A DNA stretch of 64,000 nucleotides from Dokdonella sp. Lineage in GTDB: Bacteria > Pseudomonadota > Gammaproteobacteria > Xanthomonadales > Rhodanobacteraceae. Positions 9,401 to 20,257 of the stretch are shown piece after piece. The DNA lies in contig NZ_JBQCFP010000197.1 in assembly GCF_051958935.1 (NCBI RefSeq), positions 6,855 to 70,854 of the forward strand, given 5' to 3'. The notes beneath the pieces are model-generated. The model did not search any database. It was given only the letters and a program-made list of their open reading frames with translations, and was not told the DNA's origin. Every line of letters begins with the position of its first letter. Within the stretch, counting starts at the first letter, position 1. Made by a program: the position numbers and the translations under genes.

Positions 9401-9589
9401 ATGGATCACCCGAACGCCGTCCTGCTGCTCATCGCCGCCCTCGTCGCCGTGCCCTCGCTCGTCGCGGGCACGATGTACTGGACGCATCGGCGCGGCGTCG
9501 GCATGGTCAAGGGCTGGGGCGGCGCGCTGTTCATCCTGCTCTGCTGGACCGCCGCGCTCGGGCTGATCCTCTACCGCACGGCGCACTGA
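9401..9589 (+). CDS. Small two-TM membrane protein (62 aa)
   Basis: The ATG at 9401 is preceded by GAGGGGGAG. The sequence is MDHPNAVLLLIAALVAVPSLVAGTMYW...GGALFILLCWTAALGLILY. It lies directly downstream of usp. Confidence 0.5.
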   Translation: MDHPNAVLLLIAALVAVPSLVAGTMYWTHRRGVGMVKGWGGALFILLCWTAALGLILYRTAH

Positions 9590-9620
9590 CGAGCGCACGC
9601 CTGCATCGGCGGCGCTCGTC
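9588..9620. terminator. Hairpin between the convergent small-membrane-protein gene and adhP
   Basis: GACGAGCGC (9588-9596) pairs with GCGCTCGTC (9612-9620), giving a 9-bp stem with a 15-nt loop. There is no U-run, so the call is weak. Confidence 0.3.
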
Positions 9621-9627
9621 GCGACAC

Positions 9628-10644
9628 TCAGCGCAGGTCGAACACGATGCGGCCGTCGACCCGGCCGGACTTGAGCTGCGAGAACACCGCGTTGACGTCT
9701 TCGAGCCGCGCCGAGTGCACGCGCGTGCGCACCTTGCCTTCGGCGGCGAACGCGAGCGCCTCGGCCAGGTCGCGGCGCGTGCCGACGATCGAGCCGCGCA
9801 GCGTGATGCGCTTGAGCACGACGTCGAATACCGGCGTCGGGAAGTGTCCGGGAGGCAGGCCGACGAGGCTGATCGTGCCGCGCCGGCGCACGACCGCGAG
9901 CGCCTGTTCGAACGCGGGCAGCGAGACGGCCGTGACGAGCACCCCGTGCGCGCCACCGGCGGTCGCCTGCAGCGTGCGGGCGACCGCGTCGGACGCGCTC
10001 GCGTCGAGCGCGAGGTCCGCGCCGCAGTCGAGCGCGAGGGACAGTTTGTCCGCGGCGACGTCGAGTGCGACTACGTGCAGGCCCATCGCCTTCGCATACT
10101 GGATCGCGACGTGGCCGAGTCCGCCCACGCCGTAGATCGCGAGCCACTCGCCCGGCCGCGCCTCGGTTTCGCGGATGCCCTTGTAGGTGGTGACGCCCGC
10201 GCAGAGGATCGGCGCGATCGACAGCGCATCGACGCCGGCTGGCAGCGGCGCGGCGTATGCGGCATTCGCGATCACGTACTCGGCGAACGCCCCGTTCACG
10301 CCGTAGCCCGTGTTGTGCTGCGCCTCGCACAGCGTCTCCCAGCCGGCGGTGCAGTGCTCGCAGCGTCCGCATGCGTCGTGGAGCCACGGTACGCCGGCGA
10401 GATCGCCTTCGCGCAGGTCCTTCACGCCGGGACCGAGGGCGGCGACGATGCCGACGCCTTCGTGACCGGGGATGAACGGCAGCGTCGGCTGCACCGGCCA
10501 ATCGCCGTCGGCCGCATGCAGGTCGGTATGGCAGACGCCGCTGGTCTGCACCTTGAGCAGCACTTCGCCTGGGCCGGGTACCGGCACCGGCAGGTCTTCG
10601 ATGAGGAGCGGACGACCGAACGCACGTACGACGGCAGCTTTCAT
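9628..10644 (-). CDS. adhP: Zinc-dependent alcohol dehydrogenase (AdhP-like)
   Basis: Full track ORF. It has GVCHTDLH, GHEGVGIV, the structural-zinc Cys cluster CGRCEHCTAGWETLC and the GVGGLGH Rossmann motif. Confidence 0.92.
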   Translation of the reverse strand: MKAAVVRAFGRPLLIEDLPVPVPGPGEVLLKVQTSGVCHTDLHAADGDWPVQPTLPFIPGHEGVGIVAALGPGVKDLREGDLAGVPWLHDACGRCEHCTAGWETLCEAQHNTGYGVNGAFAEYVIANAAYAAPLPAGVDALSIAPILCAGVTTYKGIRETEARPGEWLAIYGVGGLGHVAIQYAKAMGLHVVALDVAADKLSLALDCGADLALDASASDAVARTLQATAGGAHGVLVTAVSLPAFEQALAVVRRRGTISLVGLPPGHFPTPVFDVVLKRITLRGSIVGTRRDLAEALAFAAEGKVRTRVHSARLEDVNAVFSQLKSGRVDGRIVFDLR

Positions 10645-10701
10645 GGGCGACTCCGGCGCGGGGATGAAAGCCGCACCTTATCGCCTGCGATCGCCGCTGC
10701 C

Positions 10702-10715
10702 TTGATCGTCGTCAA
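10702..10715. promoter_or_regulatory. FNR/Anr-type box TTGATCGTCGTCAA upstream of adhP
   Basis: It has one mismatch to the consensus. The centre lies 64.5 nt upstream of the adhP ATG, the same spacing as at ccoN. Confidence 0.6.
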
Positions 10716-10768
10716 CCGCGCAGGGCGGTGATTGTCTCCCGATGCAGGCGGCGCGAGGCCTGCGCCGT

Positions 10769-13303
10769 CTACGCCGTTCCGGTGCGCCCGCCCGCGCGTG
10801 TCCGCACGGCGAGCGCGCAGGCGAGCAGGGCGAGCGGCAGCACGGCCGCGAGCGCGAGGATCCCCGGGGGCGGTACTTCGAAGCGGAAGAAGCGCGCGAG
10901 CGGCGGCAACGCGAGCGACGAGGCGAGCGCACTGCCCGCACCCGCGACGACGATCCAGAACGTGCGATTGCGGGCTCGCCACAATCCATTACCGCGGTTG
11001 AGCGCGATGAGTCCGACGTTGCCGGCGACGAGGGCGACGAAGGCCGCCGCGGCGATGCCCGCGTCGGTGCATCCGCTCGCACGCGCGATCGCGTAGGCGA
11101 TCGCGCACGCCGCGAACGCGAGCACGCCGTCGCCGATGCTGCCGGCGAGCAGGCGCAGGCCGAGCACGGCGCGGCGCGGGTCGCGTGGCGGGCGCTGCAT
11201 GACGTCGTCGGCCGCGGCTTCGCGCTCGAACACGAGCGCGCAGGCCGGGTCGATCACGAGTTCGAGGAATACGATGTGGATCGGCCACAGCACGAGCGGC
11301 CCGCCGCCGAGCAGCGGCAGCAGCGCCATGCCCATGATCGGCACGTGCACGGCGAGGATGTAGCGCATCGCGCGCACGATGTTGTCGTGGATCGTGCGGC
11401 CGCGGCGAATGCCGCGCACGATCGAGACGAAATCGTCGTCGAGCAGCACGAGCGCGGCGGCCTCGCGCGCGACGTCGGTACCCCGCTTGCCCATCGCGAT
11501 GCCGACGTCGGCGGCCTTGAGCGCAGGCGCGTCGTTGACGCCGTCGCCGGTCATCGCGACGACTTCGCCGCGCGCGCGCAGCGCCTCCACCAGGCGCAGC
11601 TTGTGCTGCGGCGTCACGCGCGCGAACACGCGCCGCCGCGCGATCGTGTCGGCGAGCTGCGTGTCGTCGCAGGCGGCGATCGCGGCGCCGCCGAGCGCGC
11701 CGTCGCCGACGTCGATGCCCGCCTGCCGCGCGATCGCCTCGGCGGTCTCGGCGAAATCGCCGGTCAGCATGATCACCTCGACGCCCGCCGCGCGCGCCTG
11801 CGCGACGGCGCCGGTGACGCCGTTGCGCAGCGGATCGGCGAATGCGACGAGGCCGGCTTCGACGAACGCGAGCTCGTCCTGCCGTTCGGGCAGCGGCAGC
11901 GACGCGGGATGTTCGAGTGCGCCCACCGCGATCACGCGCAGGCCCTGGCGCGCGAGCGCGGCGACATCGGCGAGCAGGCGCGCGCGCCGTTCCGGTGCAA
12001 GCCGGCACAGGTCCGCGACCGCCTCCGGCGCGCCGCTGCACGCGCCGTCGAGCCCGCCGGGCGCGCGCCATACCTGCGTTCGCGCGAACAGCGCCGGCGT
12101 CAGCGGGTACTCGCGCACGCGCGTGCGTTCGCGCGCGTCGGCGGGCGATGGCGCCGCTTCGACGATCGCACGCTCCATCGGGTCGGTCGGATCGACGCGG
12201 CAGGCCAGCGCGGCCCGCGCGAGCAGGTCGTCGAGCGGCGCGCCGATCGGCGCGCCGGAAGCGAGGTCCCAGGCCGATGCGCCGCAGCGCAGCGCGGCGA
12301 CGCGCATGCGGTTCTCGGTGAGCGTGCCGGTCTTGTCCACGCACAGCACGGTGATCGCGCCGAGCGTCTCGATCGCCGGCATGCGCCGCGTGAGCACGTG
12401 TTCGCGCGCGAGGCGCCATGCACCGAGCGCGAGGAACACGGTGAGCACGACCGGGAATTCCTCCGGCACGTTGGCGATCGCGAGCGTGATGCCCGCTAGC
12501 AGCGCGTCGATCCAGCCGCCGCGCAGCGCCACGTACAGGCCGGCGACCAGCGCGCACAGCGCGAGCCCGATCGCCGCGAACGCGATCACCGCGCGGTCGA
12601 TCTCCCGCTGCAGCGGGCTGCGCGGCGTCGCCGTGCGCACGAGCGATGCGCCGATGCGACCGGCTTGCGTGCGCGCACCGGTTGCGACGACTTCGGCCAG
12701 CGCATGCCCGTGCGCGACGAGCGTGCCCCAGTACACATGGTCGGCGCGGGTCGGCGCGGCGAGGGCATCGCTCGTGGTCGTGCCCACGTGCTTGGGTGCC
12801 GGCAGTGCCTCACCGGTCAGCAGCGACTCGTCGACACCGAGTTGCGTCGCGTCGAGGAGGCGCGCGTCGGCCGGGACCCGATCCCCCTCGTCGAGCGCGA
12901 GCACGTCGCCGACCACGAGCCGGCGCGCATCGATGCGCAGGCGCGCGCCGTCGCGCAGGACCGATGCCTGCGGCGCGGACAGGTCGCGCAGCGCATCGAG
13001 CGCCTTTTGGGACTTGTCCGCCTGGCGCAGCGTGATGCCGATGACGGCGGCGACGGACGCGGCCAGCACGAGCGCTTCGCCGATGTCGCCGAGCACGACG
13101 TACAGCGCCGCCGCCGTGCCGAGCAACAGGAACATCGGCTCGGCCAGCACCGCGAGCGTTCGCGCGAGGAGGCCGCGCCGCTCTCCGCGCGGCAGTTCGT
13201 TCGCTCCGTCGCGCGCGAGCCGTCGTTCGGCCTCGGTCGTGTCGAGCCCGTGCCGGGCGTGCCCGGCCGACGACGGCTCTGCGACGGTTGCGTCGTCGTT
13301 CAT
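10769..13303 (-). CDS. Cation-transporting P-type ATPase (type II, Ca2+/Mg2+-like)
   Basis: Full track ORF of 844 aa. It has the N-terminal GLDTTEAERRLARDGANELP, then CVDKTGTLTEN and MTGDGVNDAPALK. Confidence 0.9.
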   Translation of the reverse strand: MNDDATVAEPSSAGHARHGLDTTEAERRLARDGANELPRGERRGLLARTLAVLAEPMFLLLGTAAALYVVLGDIGEALVLAASVAAVIGITLRQADKSQKALDALRDLSAPQASVLRDGARLRIDARRLVVGDVLALDEGDRVPADARLLDATQLGVDESLLTGEALPAPKHVGTTTSDALAAPTRADHVYWGTLVAHGHALAEVVATGARTQAGRIGASLVRTATPRSPLQREIDRAVIAFAAIGLALCALVAGLYVALRGGWIDALLAGITLAIANVPEEFPVVLTVFLALGAWRLAREHVLTRRMPAIETLGAITVLCVDKTGTLTENRMRVAALRCGASAWDLASGAPIGAPLDDLLARAALACRVDPTDPMERAIVEAAPSPADARERTRVREYPLTPALFARTQVWRAPGGLDGACSGAPEAVADLCRLAPERRARLLADVAALARQGLRVIAVGALEHPASLPLPERQDELAFVEAGLVAFADPLRNGVTGAVAQARAAGVEVIMLTGDFAETAEAIARQAGIDVGDGALGGAAIAACDDTQLADTIARRRVFARVTPQHKLRLVEALRARGEVVAMTGDGVNDAPALKAADVGIAMGKRGTDVAREAAALVLLDDDFVSIVRGIRRGRTIHDNIVRAMRYILAVHVPIMGMALLPLLGGGPLVLWPIHIVFLELVIDPACALVFEREAAADDVMQRPPRDPRRAVLGLRLLAGSIGDGVLAFAACAIAYAIARASGCTDAGIAAAAFVALVAGNVGLIALNRGNGLWRARNRTFWIVVAGAGSALASSLALPPLARFFRFEVPPPGILALAAVLPLALLACALAVRTRAGGRTGTA

Positions 13304-13330
13304 TCGGTCCTGCGCCCGTCGCCGCGCGCG

Positions 13331-13882
13331 TCAGCGCCGCCGGCGGCGCGGCAGCATGCGCCGCAGCGCGTCGTCGCGCAGCAGCCAGTGATGGACGAGC
13401 GCGGCGCCGGCATGGCCGCCGACGAGCGCATAGCCCACGGAGGCGGCGCCTTCGTGCCACGCCTGCGCGCGTTGCGCGAGCGCCGGGTCGGGTGGCACGA
13501 GCGCGGGCAGCTCGAACGGGCCGAACGCGATGCGCGCGCCTTGCGCGCTCGCGAGCAGCCAGCCGAGCAGCGGCATCGCGACGAGGAACGCGTACAGCAG
13601 AACGCACAGCGCGAGCTCGAAGCGCTCGGGCAGCCGGGGCGGCGCCGGAACGATGGGCGGCCGCGGCCCCGCGCGCAGCGCGAGCCGCGCGAACACGGTC
13701 ACGAACGCGCAAAAGCCGGCAAATGCATGCGCGCAGGCCAGCCAGTCGCGTTGCGGGCTGCCTTGTGCGAACAGATCGCGCGACTCGGCTGTCGCATACG
13801 CGGCGACGACGAGCAGCACCATCGCCCAATGCATCGCGATCGATGGCGAGCTGTAGCGGTGCGGATCGTTCTGCCAGCGCAT
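13331..13882 (-). CDS. Cytochrome b561 family protein
   Basis: It is the 183-aa tail of track ORF 13331..14269 (MRWQNDPHRYSSPSIAMHWAMVLLVVAAY...). It has four TM segments with conserved His residues (HW..., AHAFAG, WHEGA, HHW). Confidence 0.8.
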   Translation of the reverse strand: MRWQNDPHRYSSPSIAMHWAMVLLVVAAYATAESRDLFAQGSPQRDWLACAHAFAGFCAFVTVFARLALRAGPRPPIVPAPPRLPERFELALCVLLYAFLVAMPLLGWLLASAQGARIAFGPFELPALVPPDPALAQRAQAWHEGAASVGYALVGGHAGAALVHHWLLRDDALRRMLPRRRRR

Positions 13883-13902
13883 GCGCTCCACCGGAACAGC
13901 CT

Positions 13903-14226
13903 TCACGAGCGTCCACCGACGAGACCGAACTCGATCGGCCATTGCGCATACGCGAGCGCGACGGGTTCGCTGGCGAGCGAATCGACGAGGCGCCGCGCAT
14001 CGTCCTGCGACAGCAGGAACTCGACGAGCATGGCCTGGCTCCCGGGCAGTTCGCCGAAGCGCGGTTCGTGCCGTCCGCCATGGCGGCCGAATCCGGCGAT
14101 CGCGCGGAACACCGAGGCGCCCGGCATGCCGATGCTGCGCGCATGCTGCAGCAGCCATTCGTGGGTCGGCCGGCCCGGCTCGGCCGGGTCCTCGCAGAAA
14201 TGGAATCGCAGGCATACGCCGCGCAT
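13903..14226 (-). CDS. DUF190 (PII-like fold) domain protein
   Basis: It is the 107-aa tail of track ORF 13903..14373 (MRGVCLRFHFCEDP...EWLLQHARSIGMPGASVFRAIAGFGRHG...), which is the typical DUF190 signature. Confidence 0.7.
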   Translation of the reverse strand: MRGVCLRFHFCEDPAEPGRPTHEWLLQHARSIGMPGASVFRAIAGFGRHGGRHEPRFGELPGSQAMLVEFLLSQDDARRLVDSLASEPVALAYAQWPIEFGLVGGRS

Positions 14227-14298
14227 TGCAGCGCTCCTCGGCGGGATTTCCGCTTCCGTGGGCATGCATGGATTGTCCGCGCCGCGCCGCGCGACGAG

Positions 14299-14312
14299 TT
14301 GACCCGGGTCAA
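14299..14312. promoter_or_regulatory. Perfect CRP/FNR-family palindrome TTGACCCGGGTCAA
   Basis: It is a 5-4-5 perfect inverted repeat. The centre lies 79.5 nt upstream of the DUF190 ATG. It is the TTGAC/GTCAA variant of the FNR half-sites. Confidence 0.45.
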
Positions 14313-14413
14313 GTCGGACCGGGGCGCGTGCGGCAGCGCGGGCTTCGCGGCCGCCGTGGGCGGTCGCCACCACCGGGAAACCGGCTTCCGGCTGGCGCGA
14401 AGGTGCAGGCAGA

Positions 14414-14490
14414 TGGCGCGCCCGAGAGGATTCGAACCTCCGACCACCGCCTTCGGAGGGCGGTACTCTATCCAGCTGAGCTACGGGCGC
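14414..14490 (-). tRNA. tRNA-Arg (anticodon CCG)
   Basis: The reverse complement is GCGCCCGTAGCTCAGCTGGATAGAGTACCGCCCTCCGAAGGCGGTGGTCGGAGGTTCGAATCCTCTCGGGCGCGCCA. It folds as a cloverleaf with a 7-bp acceptor stem, a GTTCGAATC T-loop, the anticodon loop CT-CCG-AA and an encoded CCA. Confidence 0.95.
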
Positions 14491-14599
14491 ATCGTTGTTT
14501 CACCGGCGATCGGGCCGCCGGCGGGGCGGCAGTATAGCCGACTGCCGGCGCGGTCCGGGCCGCCGCGCGCAGTGGGTCACGACACCGGCCGGCGGCGCC

Positions 14600-14629
14600 T
14601 TCCGTGCGCCGGGCCGCGCCCGCTATAAT
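14600..14629 (+). promoter_or_regulatory. Candidate sigma-70 promoter for the cytochrome c5 gene
   Basis: A perfect TATAAT lies at 14624-14629, which is conspicuous in this GC-rich DNA. A weak -35 (TTCCGT) lies 18 nt upstream. Confidence 0.4.
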
Positions 14630-14695
14630 CCCGGGACTTTTTGCACGCCGAACGGGCCCATGGCCCGGCGCATCGCGTCCTTTCGAGGTGGATCC

Positions 14696-15226
14696 GTGAC
14701 CAATCCCGTTCCCAAGACCGACATGGTCTTCCTCAAGCACTTCGCGCAGCTGATCGCGTTCCTCATGTTCGTCGCGGTGCTGCTCGTCGTGCTCGGCGCG
14801 TACATCTATTCCAAGCATCCGCCGGAAGAGAACCCGGACAAGGCGAAGGTCGTGGCCGAGCGCATCGCGCCGGTCGGCGGCGTCTACGCCGGCGACACCG
14901 GCCGTGCCGCGATGCAGGCTGCGCAGGACGCCGCGGCGAAGGCCGCCGCCTCGCAGGTCGCCTACGGCGGCACCACTGACGGCAAGACGATCTACGGCAA
15001 CCTCTGCCACAGCTGCCACGACACGGGCGCCGGCGGCGCGCCGAAGGTCAGCGACAAGGCGGCGTGGGCGCCGCGTGTCGCGCAGGGCCTGGACACGCTC
15101 GTCAAGCATGCGATCGACGGCTTCACCGGCTCGGCGGGCGTGATGCCTCCGCGCGGCGGCAACCCGGCGCTCAACGACGAGCAGGTCAAGGCCACCGTCG
15201 AGTGGATCGCCGGCCAGGTGAAGTAA
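14696..15226 (+). CDS. Membrane-anchored cytochrome c5 family protein
   Basis: It is the tail of track ORF 14495..15226. It has a TM anchor (LIAFLMFVAVLLVVLGAYIY), the CHSCH heme motif and MPPRGG. I prefer the GTG at 14696, which has GAGGTGG just upstream. An alternative ATG lies at 14660. Confidence 0.8.
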   Translation: MTNPVPKTDMVFLKHFAQLIAFLMFVAVLLVVLGAYIYSKHPPEENPDKAKVVAERIAPVGGVYAGDTGRAAMQAAQDAAAKAAASQVAYGGTTDGKTIYGNLCHSCHDTGAGGAPKVSDKAAWAPRVAQGLDTLVKHAIDGFTGSAGVMPPRGGNPALNDEQVKATVEWIAGQVK

Positions 15227-15419
15227 GACCCCTGCGTTCCCTGTAGGGCTGATCGAGCCGGTAGGGGCGGGTCGAGCCGCGCGGCGGCGAGTCCCGCCGC
15301 GGCGCGCCGCAAGGTTGCGGCAGTACGGGCAATGCACGTACTGCCCGCACAAGAGCATCGCGCCTTCCGGCGCTCGCACAGAGCGCCCCGCGCCCTGCGT
15401 CGCTCGGCGACGCGCACGC

Positions 15420-16013
15420 CTACGGGAAGCCCAGCCGCGCCCGCTCGCGCCCCGCATGCGCGAGCAGATCCGGAAAGAACTCGGCGAAGTCGCCTTCGAG
15501 CACGTCCGCGTGCGCCTCGATCACGGGCATCGCCCGCGCGAGCGGGTTCTCGCGCGACAGTCGCTGCGACAGTCCGCGGAACGCGTCGGCGATCATCGCG
15601 CGCTCTCGGTAGCGTTCGGGGAGGTCATTGCGGCCGAGGTACTCGACGAAGCGGCGCATGCGCGGCGGCACGTCGTCCGCGCGGCGTTCGAGCAGCGCAC
15701 GCACGTCGCACGAGTACGTCGCGAGCGGCATGGGCGCCCAGCGCGACCAGTCGCGCGCCAGCAGGTGGTCGAACCAGACGTCGAGCAGGATCCCGGCGTA
15801 ACGGCGGAACGGCGGCGCGAAGCGCGCCCGCGCCTCGACCACGCGGGGATGCGCGTCGGTATACGCATCGACGCTCCGATGCAGGGCGATGCCCGCGCGC
15901 ACCCCGGCATCGAGCGCGGGGTCGAGCGCGCCGCGCACGAAATCGCCGATGAGGCTGCCGAAGCGCACGTCGTCGTCGGCGCCCGCGAGCAGCGCGTGTG
16001 CGAGCAGGTTCAT
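15420..16013 (-). CDS. acpH: Acyl carrier protein phosphodiesterase
   Basis: It is the 197-aa tail of track ORF 15420..17156 (MNLLAHALLAG...FGSLIGDFVRG...HRSVDAYTDAHP), a typical AcpH N-terminus. Confidence 0.8.
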   Translation of the reverse strand: MNLLAHALLAGADDDVRFGSLIGDFVRGALDPALDAGVRAGIALHRSVDAYTDAHPRVVEARARFAPPFRRYAGILLDVWFDHLLARDWSRWAPMPLATYSCDVRALLERRADDVPPRMRRFVEYLGRNDLPERYRERAMIADAFRGLSQRLSRENPLARAMPVIEAHADVLEGDFAEFFPDLLAHAGRERARLGFP

Positions 16014-16054
16014 GCGCCGATCGTCGGCGCGCGCGCCGACTTCGTCAACGCGTC

Positions 16055-16279
16055 TCAGGGCAAGGCATCGCCGAGGAAGGCGAGGAGCGCGGCGTCGCCG
16101 ACGGCGCCGGGGTCGGTGAGGTCGAGGACCGCGAGCGCGGCGGGCACCAGCGGCCGCACGAAGCGGAAATAATCGAACTGCGCCTCGAGGTCCGGATCGG
16201 CCGGCTGTTGCTCGTCGAGCCACGCATGCTCGATACGCGTGCGGTTGTGCTCTGCATACGGATAGGTCGAAGCGATCGC
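16055..16279 (-). other. Coding-like in-frame extension (74 codons plus TGA) directly after the TAG stop of the 16280..17077 gene
   Basis: My own translation in the same frame gives AIASTYPYAEHNRTRIEHAWLDEQQPADPDLEAQFDYFRFVRPLVPAALAVLDLTDPGAVGDAALLAFLGDALP*. The frame has high GC3. There is no ATG/GTG/TTG start near its beginning. Confidence 0.5.
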
Positions 16280-17073
16280 CTAGTCGGTGTAGACGGTCAT
16301 GCCGACCTGCAGCGCGAGCGGAAAGTCGTCGCGACGGTAACGCCGGTGCACGAACCACGAAGCGCCGGGGTCGCGCACGAGGAGGCTCAGCGCAGGGCCG
16401 ATGCGCGCGACGCGCAGTTCCTCCTCGTCGGCCTGCGCCGGCGCGAGCTCGAGGGCCGACACGCTGTGCGTCTCGGGCGGGATCGCCGCGCGCGTGGTCT
16501 TCGCCTCGAGCTGGTAGCTGCCCGGCTGGTCGGCGGCGCCGAACGAGAGGAACACGTAGCGTTCCGCACCCGGCTGCCACCACGAGGAATCGCAGCATTC
16601 CACGTCCTCGTGCGGCGCGCGCACGAGGATGCCCGCGAGCGAGAACTCCGATCCCGCCGCGCCGCCATGCGTGCTGCCCGGCGCACCGCTGCCGCCCCGT
16701 GCGCGCGCGCGCACGCGCGCCGTCGCGACGAAGTCGCCGCTGACGAGCTGGAACGCGAGTTCGCCGACGTAGTCCTCGTACCACGTGCTCGTCCACGGCA
16801 CGAACGTGATCCAGCCCGCGAGCGACACATCGATGTCGAACTGCTCGAGCGGGTCGCGGCCCCAGTATTCCTCGCGCCAGAGGCGGCGCCAGTTGCCGAG
16901 CGTCGCGGACGCATCGAACTCGTCGGAGAACGGCACGATGTCGGCCGACTCGGGGCGCTCGAAGCCGTCGCGCAGCACGAGGTCGGGCAGCGGCAGCTCG
17001 CCCGCATGCGCGGTGCCGGCGGCGAGCACGATACCGAGCAGCGCGCAGGGCGGCAGGGCAATGCGTGGATGCG

Positions 17074-17077
<4 letters not shown>
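16280..17077 (-). CDS. Secreted protein with a concanavalin-A/LamG-like jelly-roll (DUF1349-like); it ends at a possibly non-genuine TAG
   Basis: Track ORF of 265 aa. The GTG start has a GGAGG 5 nt upstream and overlaps the kinase stop (GTGA). The signal peptide is ...LAAGTAHA, followed by LVLRDGFERPES. Confidence 0.7.
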
Positions 17078-19613
<2,536 letters not shown>

Positions 19614-19617
<4 letters not shown>

Positions 19618-20177
19618 GGCGCCATCCACTCGGCCATCCAGGCCTTCGCGCGCTTGAGTTCGCGCTGCACGGTGCGCAGCGAGAGGCCGGTGAGCTCGAC
19701 CAGCTCGTCGCTGTCGAGGCCGATGAACCAATGCTGCTCGATCAGGCGCAGCAGGCGCGGGTCGACACGCTCGAGCAGCGCGAGCGCCTCGTCGAGCGCG
19801 AGCAATGCCTCGTCAATGTTGCCGTCATGCCCATCCGCCGGTGCGAATTCCACCGGCACGCCGCCGCCGCCGCGCTTCGCGCTCGCGCGGGCGCGTGCAT
19901 GGTCGATCACGATCTGGCGCATCACGCGTGCCGACAGCGCGAGGAAGTGCTCGCGCGTGAGGCGCGCATCGGTACCGTTCGCGGCGACGCGCGCGTACGC
20001 CTCGTGCACGAGCACGGTCGTCGACAGCGTCGCACCGGGGATGCGGCGGAACAACTGGCGGTGCGCGATGCGCTTGAGCTCGGCGTATACCTCCGGCAGC
20101 AGCGCGCGCAGGTCGCGCGCGTCACCGTAGCCGGCTTGCGCGAGACGCTCGGCGAGTTCGGCGTCGCTCGTCCCCAT
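19614..20177 (-). CDS. ECF-type RNA polymerase sigma factor (TIGR02999/ECF43-like, kinase-associated class)
   Basis: It starts at internal Met 25 of track ORF 19614..20249 (MGTSDAELAERL...). It has LVHEAYARV in region 2, MRQIVIDHARARASAKRGGG, and the region 4 HTH LSLRTVQRELKRAKAWM. Its stop overlaps the kinase ATG (ATGA). Confidence 0.85.
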
Positions 20178-20257
20178 CGCTGGCCCCGCGCCCCGCCGCG
20201 GTACGGCGGGCACGCTGGCGATTGTGGCGCGGGCGGTCGCGCTGCGCACGCGCGGGC

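Noticed and set aside
14227-14700. The tRNA-Arg locus as an integration hotspot or genomic island boundary.
   Set aside because: There is no integrase, no direct repeat of the tRNA 3' end and no compositional shift that I could see on either side. The flanking genes are ordinary respiratory or housekeeping genes.
15227-15419. A 193-bp convergent spacer after the cytochrome c5 gene, with several short inverted repeats (for example GCAGTACG...CGTACTGC) and GTAGGGGCGGGTCGAGCC-type sequence.
   Set aside because: The stems are short (8 bp or less), there is no U-tract, and the sequence is not repeated elsewhere in the window. I could not distinguish it from generic GC-rich spacer.
16045-16257. 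A 70-aa minus-strand track ORF (MQSTTARVSS...) in the gap between acpH and the secreted-protein gene.
   Set aside because: It has a Ser/Arg/Pro-rich junk composition. The other frame, in phase with the upstream gene past its TAG, has the real coding signature and is reported as a finding instead.
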